From an uncultured Acidobacteriota bacterium (lineage in GTDB: Bacteria > Acidobacteriota > Thermoanaerobaculia > Multivoradales > SZUA-115), in contig CAWDVR010000002.1 in assembly GCA_963805975.1 (NCBI GenBank), positions 64,001 through 128,000 on the forward strand: DNA of 64,000 nucleotides. Direction: 5' to 3'. Positions within the stretch are counted from its first letter, which is position 1, and the number at the start of each line of letters is the position of its first letter. Positions 17,796 to 26,478 of the stretch are shown here, piece by piece. The translations under genes were made by a program, and so were the position numbers. The notes under the pieces were generated by a model. That model saw only the letters and a program-made list of their open reading frames with translations. It searched no databases and was not told the origin of the DNA.

Positions 17796-18707
17796 CTAGT
17801 GCTTTAGGCTCGTGTAGACCAGGGTCACCATGACGTCCGGCTGAATGAAGCCCTTGCCCCAGGTCTCGTCCCACAGCGCCGTGGGTTTGGCGGCCTTGGC
17901 TTCCTCGAGCGTCTTGCCGGCCGCGATCAGCCGGGCGACCGCCTCGCGGATCTGCTTCAGCATGTCGCGGTACGAGGTGAGGTTGCCTTCGTGCGCCAGG
18001 GGCCCGTGGCCGGGGATGATCTTGGTGTTGGGCCCCACCATCTCGAGCACCCGGTCGACCGCCGCGATCACTCCATCGACCGAGCCGCCGCTCGAGACGT
18101 CGATGAACGGGTACATGCCGTTGAAGTAGACGTCGCCCATGTGCACGACGTCGGCCTTCTTGAAGTGCACGATCGAATCGCCGTCGGTGTGCGCCGGCGG
18201 CACGTGGAAGGCGTGGATCTCCTCGCCGTTCAGGTGGAAGGTCACCGTGTCGTTGAAGGTCACGACCGGCAGCGCAACCGCGGGCGAGGGTGGGGTCTTC
18301 GAGTCCCAGAGCGCGTTGAACTGCTCGGAGGACATCCGCACCCGCACGTTGTCGTGCGCCACGATCAGGGTGCCGGCCTTGCCCAGGTTCTCGTTGCCGC
18401 CGCTGTGGTCACCGTGCCAGTGCGTATTGAGCACGAAGCGGATCGGCTTGGGGCTCAGAGCGGCCACCGCCGCCCTGATCTTCTCGGTCAGCGGCGCGTA
18501 TTGATCGTCGACCAGGAACACGCCGTCGTCGCCGCTCACCACCGCGATGTTGCCGCCGGCCCCCACGAGCATCGCGAGGCCCGGCGCCACCTGTACGGTC
18601 TGGATCTGGACCTGGCTGAAGTCACGCTCCTGGGCTCCGGCCGCGGTGGCCAGGAGCCACGCGGCAAAGCAGAGGGAAACCGGACGGATGCGTCGCGAAA
18701 AGCTCAT
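17796..18707 (-). CDS. Secreted MBL-fold metallohydrolase (cyclase-like)
   Basis: NTHWHGDH, AHTDGD, HMGD, IPGHG; signal peptide. Confidence 0.92.
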   Translation of the reverse strand: MSFSRRIRPVSLCFAAWLLATAAGAQERDFSQVQIQTVQVAPGLAMLVGAGGNIAVVSGDDGVFLVDDQYAPLTEKIRAAVAALSPKPIRFVLNTHWHGDHSGGNENLGKAGTLIVAHDNVRVRMSSEQFNALWDSKTPPSPAVALPVVTFNDTVTFHLNGEEIHAFHVPPAHTDGDSIVHFKKADVVHMGDVYFNGMYPFIDVSSGGSVDGVIAAVDRVLEMVGPNTKIIPGHGPLAHEGNLTSYRDMLKQIREAVARLIAAGKTLEEAKAAKPTALWDETWGKGFIQPDVMVTLVYTSLKH

Positions 18708-18798
18708 TGGGACCTCCGGGAAGGTTGGCAAGAAAGAGAATCGCCGGCATGCTATCAAAGCGCTGGTTCTCAGCTCCTGAGCGGGCTAGGATCGGCCC

Positions 18799-19293
18799 AT
18801 GAACCTCCCGCATACGCTCGTCATCCAGTTTTCCTATACCTACGCCGTGCTGAAGATGAACCTCGCCGGCATCGACCACGCGGCGAGCCTGGTGGCGCCG
18901 GAGCCGGGCGGCAACTGCCTGAACTGGGTGGTGGGCCACGTGGTCGCCTCGCGGAGCAAGCTGCTCGACGAGGTGCTGGGGCTGCCCGCGATCCTCTCAC
19001 CCGAGGCGGTGGACCCCTACCGCCGCGGCGCGCCCGCGCTCGCGGACGGTGCCCTCGCGCAGCCGCTCGACGAGCTGCTGGCGGCCTACGACGCCTCGCA
19101 GGAGGATCTGCGCCAGGGCCTCCTGCAGGTCTCCGAGGAGCGCCTCCTCGAGCCCGCCCCGTTCTCCCCCGGTGGCAATCCCAAGGAGACCGTGGCCTCT
19201 CTCCTAGCCGGCCTCGCCTTCCACGAGGCCTATCACGTCGGCCAGACGGGAATCCTGCGGCGGCTGCTTGGGAAGGAAGGAGCAATACGTTAG
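18799..19293 (+). CDS. DinB family protein
   Basis: NWVVGH and FHEAYHVGQ metal-binding His pattern. Confidence 0.88.
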   Translation: MNLPHTLVIQFSYTYAVLKMNLAGIDHAASLVAPEPGGNCLNWVVGHVVASRSKLLDEVLGLPAILSPEAVDPYRRGAPALADGALAQPLDELLAAYDASQEDLRQGLLQVSEERLLEPAPFSPGGNPKETVASLLAGLAFHEAYHVGQTGILRRLLGKEGAIR

Positions 19294-19319
19294 GCGGACG
19301 GGCAGCTCGGGGGCGATCC

Positions 19320-19360
19320 TTGACCCGTCGAGCACTCTCTCCTTACACTGCGGGTAAGGA
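19320..19360 (+). promoter_or_regulatory. sigma70-type promoter and operator of the vapBC operon
   Basis: TTGACC-N18-TACACT; the inverted repeat TCCTTAC-N7-GTAAGGA (19340-19360) overlaps the -10. Confidence 0.7.
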
Positions 19361-19379
19361 ATCGACCGCAGGAGTAAGA

Positions 19380-19619
19380 ATGCCAACTGCGACTCTCACC
19401 AGCAAAGGCCAGGTCACGATCCCCAAGGAGGTGCGCGACCGGCTGGGTCTCGACACCGGCGCCCGGCTGGCCTTCAGGGTTCGCGACGACGGCATTGTGG
19501 AACTGTCTCCCGAGAACGTGGATCTGATGTCGCTCTACGGCACCGTCAAACCGCCGGTCCGCGGAGTCAGCGTCGAGGACATGAAAGCCACCGCCCGGCG
19601 GATGGGTGGCACGGGGTGA
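19380..19619 (+). CDS. vapB: AbrB/MazE/SpoVT family antitoxin
   Basis: MPTATLTSKGQVTIPKEVRDRLGL; GTGA overlap with the PIN toxin gene. Confidence 0.9.
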   Translation: MPTATLTSKGQVTIPKEVRDRLGLDTGARLAFRVRDDGIVELSPENVDLMSLYGTVKPPVRGVSVEDMKATARRMGGTG

Positions 19620-20011
19620 TCGCCCTCGATACAAACGTTCTGGTCCGCTTCCTGGTCGAGGACCATCCCGAGGAGAGCGCTCGCGCCCGCAGGCTCCTGG
19701 AGGAGAGGCTGGACCAGGACCAGCCATTCTTCGTGGCGGACGTGGTGCTCTGCGAAGTGGTCTGGGTCCTGCGCTCGAACTACCGCCTACCCAAAACCGA
19801 CACCTTGGAGATCCTGGACAAGCTTCTGCACGCGACTCATCTGACCTATGCATCGTCCGACCGTGTTGCGATGGCCCTGAGAGCTTATCGCTCCGGTCGA
19901 GGCGACTTCGCCGACTACCTGATCCGGGAAGAGGCGCGATCCGCTGGGTATCCGACGGTCGCAACCTTCGACCGCGACCTGCTCAAGGAGCCGGGCTTCG
20001 TCGCGCCCTGA
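19616..20011 (+). CDS. vapC: PIN-domain toxin
   Basis: IALDTNVLVR, CEVVWVL, DFADYLI, TFD. Confidence 0.92.
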   Translation: MIALDTNVLVRFLVEDHPEESARARRLLEERLDQDQPFFVADVVLCEVVWVLRSNYRLPKTDTLEILDKLLHATHLTYASSDRVAMALRAYRSGRGDFADYLIREEARSAGYPTVATFDRDLLKEPGFVAP

Positions 20012-20366
20012 GATCGCTGCGGTTGCGCCGAGGTGCGCCCTCCGGCTCCCACTGATACCGCTTGAGATCCACCTTTCCCGCCAGGCTGAAGACCACGCCT
20101 TCCTCCTCGAGCAGGTGGCGCTGGTAGCCCTCCATGAGGCCGGGCTCGGCACGCAGGCTGACCTCGCCCTTGGAGTTGATGACGCGCTGCCACGGGATCT
20201 CTGCTCCCTCGGGGCATCCGTGCAGGGCATAGCCCACCTGCCGGGCGTGGCCGGGCAGGCCGGCGAGCGCCGCCACCTGGCCGTAAGTGGCCACCTTGCC
20301 CTCCGGGATGCGCGCGATCACGGCGTAGATCCGTGCATAGGTGCCGTCCTCTTCCTGGTTCGCCAC
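19983..20366 (-). CDS. Alkyltransferase-like (Atl/MGMT DNA-binding) protein
   Basis: IPEGKVATYGQVA, ARQVGYAL, PWQRVIN (Trp in place of the catalytic Cys). Confidence 0.9.
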   Translation of the reverse strand: MANQEEDGTYARIYAVIARIPEGKVATYGQVAALAGLPGHARQVGYALHGCPEGAEIPWQRVINSKGEVSLRAEPGLMEGYQRHLLEEEGVVFSLAGKVDLKRYQWEPEGAPRRNRSDLRARRSPAP

Positions 20367-20378
20367 GGTCCAGCCTCT

Positions 20379-21596
20379 TCACGGTACGGGCGTGAGGCCC
20401 AGTGCTCCGGCGTAGCGCTCCAGCGCCCGCGCCGCCGCCTCGCGGTCGGCGGCCAGTCTACGGTCCCGAGCCTGCGAGCCCCCCTCTCCCTCGAAGTGGA
20501 GCGCCAGCACGGAGAGGGTGCCGGCGCGGCGGTCGGCCTTGAGGTCGTAGCGCGCCACCAGCCGCTCGCCGGCCAGCACCGGCAGACAGTAGTAGCCGAA
20601 GGTGCGCTGCGGCGCCGGCTTGAAGATCTCGAGCAGGGCCTCGAAGCCGAAGAGCTGGGCTACGCGGCGGCGGTCCCAGAGCAAGGGGTCGAACGGCGAG
20701 AGCAGCACTCCACAGTCCGAGCGCAGCCGAAGATCGGTGAGCCGGGCGGCGAGCTCGCGGTCCCCTGGCCGGATCCAGCCCTGGGCCAAGCGGCCGTCGG
20801 CCAGCACCAGCGCGCAGCGCTCGACTCGCCTCTCCTCCACCAGCTCGGCGAGCGCGGTCGCGATCTCCGGCTGCATGTTCGACAACCGCCAGGTGCCGGC
20901 GAGCGTGCCGGTCTGCGCCCAGCCGTGGCCCGCGAGTGCCAGGAGCAGCAGCTCCTTGACCGCCTCGGCGCGAGGCAGCGAGCGCCGGTGCCATTCCTCG
21001 GGGATGACGCGCTCGGCCAGGTCGAAGGTACGTTGGAACGATTTGCGCTCGCGTACCGCGAGCCGGCCGCTCGACCACAGCGCCGAGGCCACCTTCTTTG
21101 CCGGCTTGAGGTCCCACCAGCCGCGGCTGCCCTCGCCCTCGAGGTCCAGGGAGCGCAGCGGCCCGTCCCGCTCGATGCGCGCCAGGAGATCGTCGGCGAG
21201 CTGGCGGTGCTCGGAGAGCAGGTCTCCCCACCACGGGTGAACACAATACTGCTCGCGCCGGAAGGCGAAGGCGGGATAGAGCTCGATCGGCAGCCAGCTC
21301 GCCTCGTGGCCCCAGTACTCGAAGAGCGGCTCGCCGGGCTGGAGCAGCTCCTCCGCGAGGTCGGGAGCCATGCCTTCGAGCCGCGACAGCAGCACGATGC
21401 CGTGGCTCCTCGCGCCGGCGATCGAGACCGTGTCGAGCTGCAGATAGCCGAAGCGCCGGATCACCGCGAGCGCCCCCTGCCGTGCTCTCTGGCCCGCGCC
21501 GGCAGCCCGCGACGGCAACCCCGTCCACTCCGGCTTCAACAGCCCGGCCCGCGCCAGCGCCAAGCGCCGGGCTTCACGGATCGAGAGCGGTTCCAC
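20379..21596 (-). CDS. YcaQ/AlkZ-family winged-helix DNA crosslink glycosylase
   Basis: LQLDTV (QxD), FEYWGHEAS, LLSPFDPLLWDR, R.FGYYCLPVL. Confidence 0.88.
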   Translation of the reverse strand: MEPLSIREARRLALARAGLLKPEWTGLPSRAAGAGQRARQGALAVIRRFGYLQLDTVSIAGARSHGIVLLSRLEGMAPDLAEELLQPGEPLFEYWGHEASWLPIELYPAFAFRREQYCVHPWWGDLLSEHRQLADDLLARIERDGPLRSLDLEGEGSRGWWDLKPAKKVASALWSSGRLAVRERKSFQRTFDLAERVIPEEWHRRSLPRAEAVKELLLLALAGHGWAQTGTLAGTWRLSNMQPEIATALAELVEERRVERCALVLADGRLAQGWIRPGDRELAARLTDLRLRSDCGVLLSPFDPLLWDRRRVAQLFGFEALLEIFKPAPQRTFGYYCLPVLAGERLVARYDLKADRRAGTLSVLALHFEGEGGSQARDRRLAADREAAARALERYAGALGLTPVP

Positions 21597-21599
21597 TTC

Positions 21600-24500
21600 C
21601 TACTCCCTCCGCAACGCCGGGATCAACGGCACTTCGAGCGCGCCGCGCACCGCGGCCAGGCTGGCGAGGAGGCCGGTGGCGAAGACCAGCACGAGCGTCC
21701 CGCCGAGCGAGAGCCACGGCACTTTCCCGGCACCCGCGGCCAGGTGCGGCGCCACCGCAACGAGAGCGGCCGTCGCCCCGAGGGCGATGCCGAGCGCCAG
21801 CAGGAACGCGTTCTCCGCCACCACCAGTGCCATCAGCCGCGAGCGCTCGAAGCCGAAGGCGCGGAGCGCCGCGAGCTCGCCGCGCCGCTCGAGCACGTTA
21901 CGCAGCAGGATCACACCCAGGCCCACGGTGCCGAGCAGCAGGCCGAGCCCGCCCAGGGTCTGGAAAGTCGCCATGTAGGTGTTCTCCACTGCCTGGAACG
22001 AGGCCAGGCGCTCGGCAGTGCCGGTGGCGTCGAAGCCGAATCGGCCGAGGCTCCTCTCGAAGGCCTCGGCAAGAACCGGGGCCGCGGCCGGCCCGTGCCC
22101 GGGGGGCGCCTCGGCGAGGAAGTAGCGGTAGCCGCCGCGAGAGGGAAAGTGCTCCTCGAAGCGGCGCTCGGAGATCAGGATCTCGCTCTGGAAGAGGCTC
22201 TTCGCGATCAGCCCCACCAGCCGCAGCTTCACGGGGCGGCCGGCCTCGTCCACCAGCTCGAGGTCGTCGCCCAGGCCGAGCTTCAGGATCCAGGTCGCGG
22301 AATTGGCGTCCGCGAAGGCCGGGATCACGTCCGGTCCGCCCTTCCCGTCAGAGATGGGGTCGTCTTCGAGCAAGGTCCAGGGGTTCGCGACCTCGCGGCT
22401 CGTCTTCTGGAAGGTGAAGCCGCCGCGGGCCATCATCTCCGGCGGCACGCCGAGCACACGCGGGCGCTGCGGGCGAAAGAGGTTGAGGCAGGATGCGTCC
22501 TCGCCCGGCAGCAGCCGGAACGGGAAGACGGTGGCTCCGGCCATGGCTGCCTCGGCCGCCGCGTCGAAACCCATCTCCTGCCGCCGGCCGGGGAGGTTGA
22601 GATCGGCGTAGATCGGCGCGTCGCTCTCCGCCGCCAGGGTGAAGCCGCCGGTGCCCGAGGCGCGGTCCGTGACGTCGCCCTCGGCCTGGCCGCGGTTGGC
22701 ACCCACGGCGACGATCAGGAAGCAGGCAGAGGCCACCAGCGCCACCGAGAGCAGGCTCCGGCCGGCGCTCCGGGCGCTGTTGCGCGCGCCCATGGCGAGG
22801 ACGCCCGCGCCGCCCAATGCATTGGCTCGCCGCCGTCCGGCCCGGCGGCACCAGAGGGCGAAGCCCGCGAGACCGGCGACCAGCAGGCAGGCGCCGATGC
22901 CGAAGGCGAAAGCAGGGGAGGCCGAAGCGTCGCCGAGCACGGCCGCCACCAGGAGCACCACGGCGAGCGCCAGGGACAGCACGGCCACGGCGCGGGCACG
23001 GCTTCGGCCGCCGCGTTCCGCCCCCGAGACCACCGCGCCCGCGAGCAGCGCCGGTGCCGGCAGGCGCGCCAGCGAGCGGAGCGCCAGGGCGATCGAGATC
23101 ACGACCACGGCGAGCGAGATCGCGCTGCCCGCGAGGAGGCTCGCCGGCCGTACGTGCAGGAAGAGCACCGGCGTGCCCACCGCCGGCAGCCAGAGGGTGC
23201 GCAATCCCCAGAGCATGAGGCCGGCGTAGGCCACGGCGCCGGCGAGCCCAAGCACCACGCCCAGGGCCGCGACCAGCGTCCCTTCCGCGAGGAAGCGGCG
23301 CCGCACGTGGCGGCGCTCGTACCCCACGGCGAGGAGCAGCCCCACCTCGCCCGCCCGCTGCTCGACGCCGAGCCGGAAGAGCAGGCCGACGAGGAGCGCC
23401 GCGGAGACGATCAGGAAGAGGCTGAAGCCCAGAAAGAGCTGCGCGAAGTCCGTGGCGCCCTGGGCCGCGGCGAGCGCCAGCTCCCGCACCGGCATCAGGA
23501 CGAAGCCCGCGGCCCGCGGGTCCACTTGCCGCGGCAGCTCGCGCTCCAGCCGCCCGGCCAGGGCCGACGCGTCCGTCGTGTCGGCCGCAGCGAGGCGGAG
23601 CGAGGTCAGATCCCCGAAACGGCTCTGCCAGAGCCTCTGGCCGGTGGCGAGGGAGACGAACGCCTTGGGTGCGCCGCGGTAGGCGTCCCAGTAGTCCTCG
23701 TCACGCTTGCGGATGCGGCCCAGCTCGACCGGAAACGGCGGGTCCCAGCCGGACATGTCCTCGGCGTCCGACATGCCGGGGAACTCGGGCGTCAGCGTAG
23801 GGTCCGCACCCAGCCCCTCCATGGCGACCACGCCACGCACGCGGAAGCGCTCTTCCCGCTCGGTGAGCTCGTCCCGCGCGCCCAGCACGTAGTAGCGCAT
23901 CGTGAGGTCGGCGCCCGGTGCTTCGACTCCCAGATCCTCTGCCGCCCACGAGTTGAGATAGATCTCTCCCTCTGCGAGCGACGGCGCCGACGAGCCGTCG
24001 AGGAGCCGGAGTCGAGGGGTGCCTCGGGCGAGCAGCGCAGGCCGCCCGGAGGGAGCTCGAGCAGCGGAGACCGAGATACCCCTCGACTCCGGCTCCGGGG
24101 TGCCGAGTGCCGCCACGGTGGAGTAAGGCAGCGTCGCCTCTCCGACCCGCATCTCGTTGGCGAGGTAGGTGAGAACCGGCTCGACCCCGGCGCCTGCCTT
24201 CTCCGCAAAGGATCTCGTCGCCTCCACCAGGCCCGGCGAGAGCACGAACTGCCGGCTCTCGACCACCACGGCCCCACCGGCGGTCCGCACCACGAGCCCG
24301 AGGTCGTCTGCGGTCAGCGCCTGGCCCAGGGATCGGGACGCGGCCTCGGCGCCGGTGCCGGCGCGCTCCACGAAGAGGGCGTTGACCCGCCCCGGCTCGC
24401 CGAGCACCCGTTGCAGCCGGGGCAGCTCCACGAAGGCGTTGAGCGGCCGGCCCTGCTGAGCGGTGAGCGCGAAGCTCCCCACGCCGCGGTCCGGCACGAT

Positions 24501-25055
24501 GCGCGAGATGGCGAGCCGCACCGAGGCCAGGGCCTCGGCACCGGGCGCGCGGCCCACCAGGGTCTCGCGCGGGATGGCGCCGCGGTCCTCGAACGACAGC
24601 AGCAGCTCGTCGCCTTCCCGCGCCCCGAGCTCCCGGGCCAGGGCCTGGTTGACGATCAGCGAGGGCAGCGCCTGCCCCTCACGGCGGGTGAAGTCGAGCG
24701 CCGTGCCTTCCGCGTAGAGCGCCGCAAAGCGGGAATCGACACCCACCACCGCCACCCGCGAGGCGCGAGCGCCGGTGCTGCCGTGCACGGCCGAGCCGGA
24801 GAGCAGGACCGCCGGTGCCACGGCGCTCTCCCCGCCGAGGCCACGAGCCACCTCGGAGGCCAGCTCCTCGCGGAAGAGCTGCTCGGCGACCAGCGCGTCG
24901 TCGATCGCACCCAGCCGCTCGCGGGCCAGGTCCACGAGGCTGCCGCGCACCGAGTCCCCGACCAGGAGGGCGCCCGTGAGCACCGCGGTGGCCACGGCGG
25001 CGCCGAGGGCAACAGCGAGGTTCTGGCGCCGGAAGTGGATCAGGCTGCGACGCAA
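21600..25055 (-). CDS. Fused FtsX/MacB-type ABC transporter permease
   Basis: Two FtsX-like TM repeats (EQRAGEVGLLLAVG; ERRGELAALRAFG) with large periplasmic domains. Confidence 0.88.
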   Translation of the reverse strand: MRRSLIHFRRQNLAVALGAAVATAVLTGALLVGDSVRGSLVDLARERLGAIDDALVAEQLFREELASEVARGLGGESAVAPAVLLSGSAVHGSTGARASRVAVVGVDSRFAALYAEGTALDFTRREGQALPSLIVNQALARELGAREGDELLLSFEDRGAIPRETLVGRAPGAEALASVRLAISRIVPDRGVGSFALTAQQGRPLNAFVELPRLQRVLGEPGRVNALFVERAGTGAEAASRSLGQALTADDLGLVVRTAGGAVVVESRQFVLSPGLVEATRSFAEKAGAGVEPVLTYLANEMRVGEATLPYSTVAALGTPEPESRGISVSAARAPSGRPALLARGTPRLRLLDGSSAPSLAEGEIYLNSWAAEDLGVEAPGADLTMRYYVLGARDELTEREERFRVRGVVAMEGLGADPTLTPEFPGMSDAEDMSGWDPPFPVELGRIRKRDEDYWDAYRGAPKAFVSLATGQRLWQSRFGDLTSLRLAAADTTDASALAGRLERELPRQVDPRAAGFVLMPVRELALAAAQGATDFAQLFLGFSLFLIVSAALLVGLLFRLGVEQRAGEVGLLLAVGYERRHVRRRFLAEGTLVAALGVVLGLAGAVAYAGLMLWGLRTLWLPAVGTPVLFLHVRPASLLAGSAISLAVVVISIALALRSLARLPAPALLAGAVVSGAERGGRSRARAVAVLSLALAVVLLVAAVLGDASASPAFAFGIGACLLVAGLAGFALWCRRAGRRRANALGGAGVLAMGARNSARSAGRSLLSVALVASACFLIVAVGANRGQAEGDVTDRASGTGGFTLAAESDAPIYADLNLPGRRQEMGFDAAAEAAMAGATVFPFRLLPGEDASCLNLFRPQRPRVLGVPPEMMARGGFTFQKTSREVANPWTLLEDDPISDGKGGPDVIPAFADANSATWILKLGLGDDLELVDEAGRPVKLRLVGLIAKSLFQSEILISERRFEEHFPSRGGYRYFLAEAPPGHGPAAAPVLAEAFERSLGRFGFDATGTAERLASFQAVENTYMATFQTLGGLGLLLGTVGLGVILLRNVLERRGELAALRAFGFERSRLMALVVAENAFLLALGIALGATAALVAVAPHLAAGAGKVPWLSLGGTLVLVFATGLLASLAAVRGALEVPLIPALRRE

Positions 25056-25723
25056 CGGCCTTCTCGCAGCTCCACCCGGCGGCCGAAGCGGGCCGCGATC
25101 TCCGGGCTGTGAGTGACGACGACCAACACTGCGTTGGCCTCCTCGTGCAGCTCGAACAGGAGGTCCGCCACCGCCGTGGCGGTCTTGCCGTCGAGATTGC
25201 CGGTGGGCTCGTCGCAGAGCAGCAGGCGGGGCCCCATGACCAGCGCCCGCGCCACGGCCACCCGCTGCCGCTCGCCGCCGGAGAGCTCCGCCGGCCGGTG
25301 GGTCAGTCGCGCGGTCAAGCCCACACGATCGAGGAGGGCACGCGCCCGCGGCTCGGCCTCCACGCCGCCGCGGCCGAAGGCGAGGGTGGGGATGAGCACG
25401 TTCTCGAGCACCGTGTACTGCGGCAGCAGGTGATGGTCCTGGAAGACAAAACCCACGCTCCGGTTGCGGAAGCGCGCCAGCTCGCGCTCCGGCAGCGAGA
25501 ACGGGTCGCGCCCGCCGATGCGCACACTGCCCGAGGTCGGGCTGTCGAGCGTGCCGAGGATGTGCAGCAGAGTGCTCTTGCCCGAGCCCGAGGGCCCGGT
25601 GACCGCCAGGGCCTCGCCCGGCTCGAGCGTGAAGGTGAGGCCGGAGAGCACCTCGAGCCGCTCGGCTCCCTGGTAGACCTTGCCCAGGTCCACGACCTCG
25701 AGGCGGGCCGGCTCAGGATTCAC
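25040..25723 (-). CDS. ABC transporter ATP-binding protein (LolD/MacB-like)
   Basis: GPSGSGKS, LSGGERQR, LLCDEPTGNLD. Confidence 0.95.
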   Translation of the reverse strand: MNPEPARLEVVDLGKVYQGAERLEVLSGLTFTLEPGEALAVTGPSGSGKSTLLHILGTLDSPTSGSVRIGGRDPFSLPERELARFRNRSVGFVFQDHHLLPQYTVLENVLIPTLAFGRGGVEAEPRARALLDRVGLTARLTHRPAELSGGERQRVAVARALVMGPRLLLCDEPTGNLDGKTATAVADLLFELHEEANAVLVVVTHSPEIAARFGRRVELREGRCVAA

Positions 25724-26141
25724 GGGGAGCCTCCTCGAGCCGATCCGCGATGAAGGCGGGAATGGGGATCGAGCGCAGGCCCGCCGGATCGTCGAGGATG
25801 CAGCAGACCGCGACCGTGCGGCCGCGGGCGATCGCCTGCTCGCCGCGGTGGAAGGCGAAACGGTAGGTCATGGACTTGGTGCCCTTCCTCTCGACCTCGA
25901 CGTGGATCGCCAGCTCGTCGCCGAAGCGGGCCGGCGAGAGGTACTCGCAGGTGGCCGAGAGCCGCGGCCAGCCGATCAACCGGCCCTCGTGCCGGGTATG
26001 GACGGCGGTGCCAATCGCCTGCAGCAGCTCGTGCTCGGCGGTCTCCATGAAGACGAAGAAACGCGCGAAGTGGACGATGCCGCCCATGTCGGTGTCGGCG
26101 AACTCGACGCGGCGAGTGGTGTGGTGCTCGTGGACTGGCAA
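25713..26141 (-). CDS. Acyl-CoA thioesterase (4HBT hot-dog fold)
   Basis: RVEFADTDMGGIVHFARFF, YLSPARFGDEL. Confidence 0.9.
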   Translation of the reverse strand: MPVHEHHTTRRVEFADTDMGGIVHFARFFVFMETAEHELLQAIGTAVHTRHEGRLIGWPRLSATCEYLSPARFGDELAIHVEVERKGTKSMTYRFAFHRGEQAIARGRTVAVCCILDDPAGLRSIPIPAFIADRLEEAPRES

Positions 26142-26174
26142 TCGTGTCTCCGTCGTTGTCTCCGTCCCCGGCGG

Positions 26175-26288
26175 CGGCCGGCACAGGTCCGGCCGCTACG
26201 TTCGGAACCAGGACCCGCTGGCACGGCTCCGGCCGCTACGTTCTCGAGATCAGTCCTCCGGACGTAGCGGCCGGACCTGTGCCGGCCG
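26175..26288. repeat. Cluster of three GTAG-type REP-like palindromes
   Basis: GTAGCGGCCGGACCTGTGCCGGCCG at 26264-26288 (+), an exact inverted copy at 26175-26199, and a degenerate inverted copy at about 26215-26239. Confidence 0.8.
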
Positions 26289-26355
26289 TTGGCAGCTCCG
26301 CCCGTTGGAGGGAATTCTACGGAATACCTGGAAGTTCCACAAACTGTTGCATTTG

Positions 26356-26383
26356 TTGACTTTGTGCCGGTGATGAGTATGGT
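26356..26383 (+). promoter_or_regulatory. Possible sigma70 promoter of the integrase
   Basis: TTGACT-N16-TATGGT in an AT-rich patch. Confidence 0.4.
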
Positions 26384-26478
26384 TTTCTTCTATGAGGTTC
26401 GCCTCGATTGGCTCCTCACTGCATGCCCTGCGCATGCCTAGGATGGCGAGTCGAGGCGCTGTCTCACGGGAGAAAAGC

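Noticed and set aside
17991-19379. Long ORF apparently fused to the antitoxin
   Set aside because: Runs antisense to the MBL gene and out of frame through dinB; the antitoxin has its own promoter, SD and ATG at 19380
20115-25112. 1665-aa plus-strand ORF
   Set aside because: Antisense shadow of the ABC permease, YcaQ-like and Atl genes; no motifs; long stop-free antisense frames are expected at this GC content
26175-26288. CRISPR array
   Set aside because: Only three units, mixed orientation, short unequal spacers and no cas genes; fits REP elements
26290-26478. tRNA/tmRNA integration target next to the integrase
   Set aside because: No cloverleaf or T-loop/CCA pattern recognised; tRNAscan-SE would be decisive
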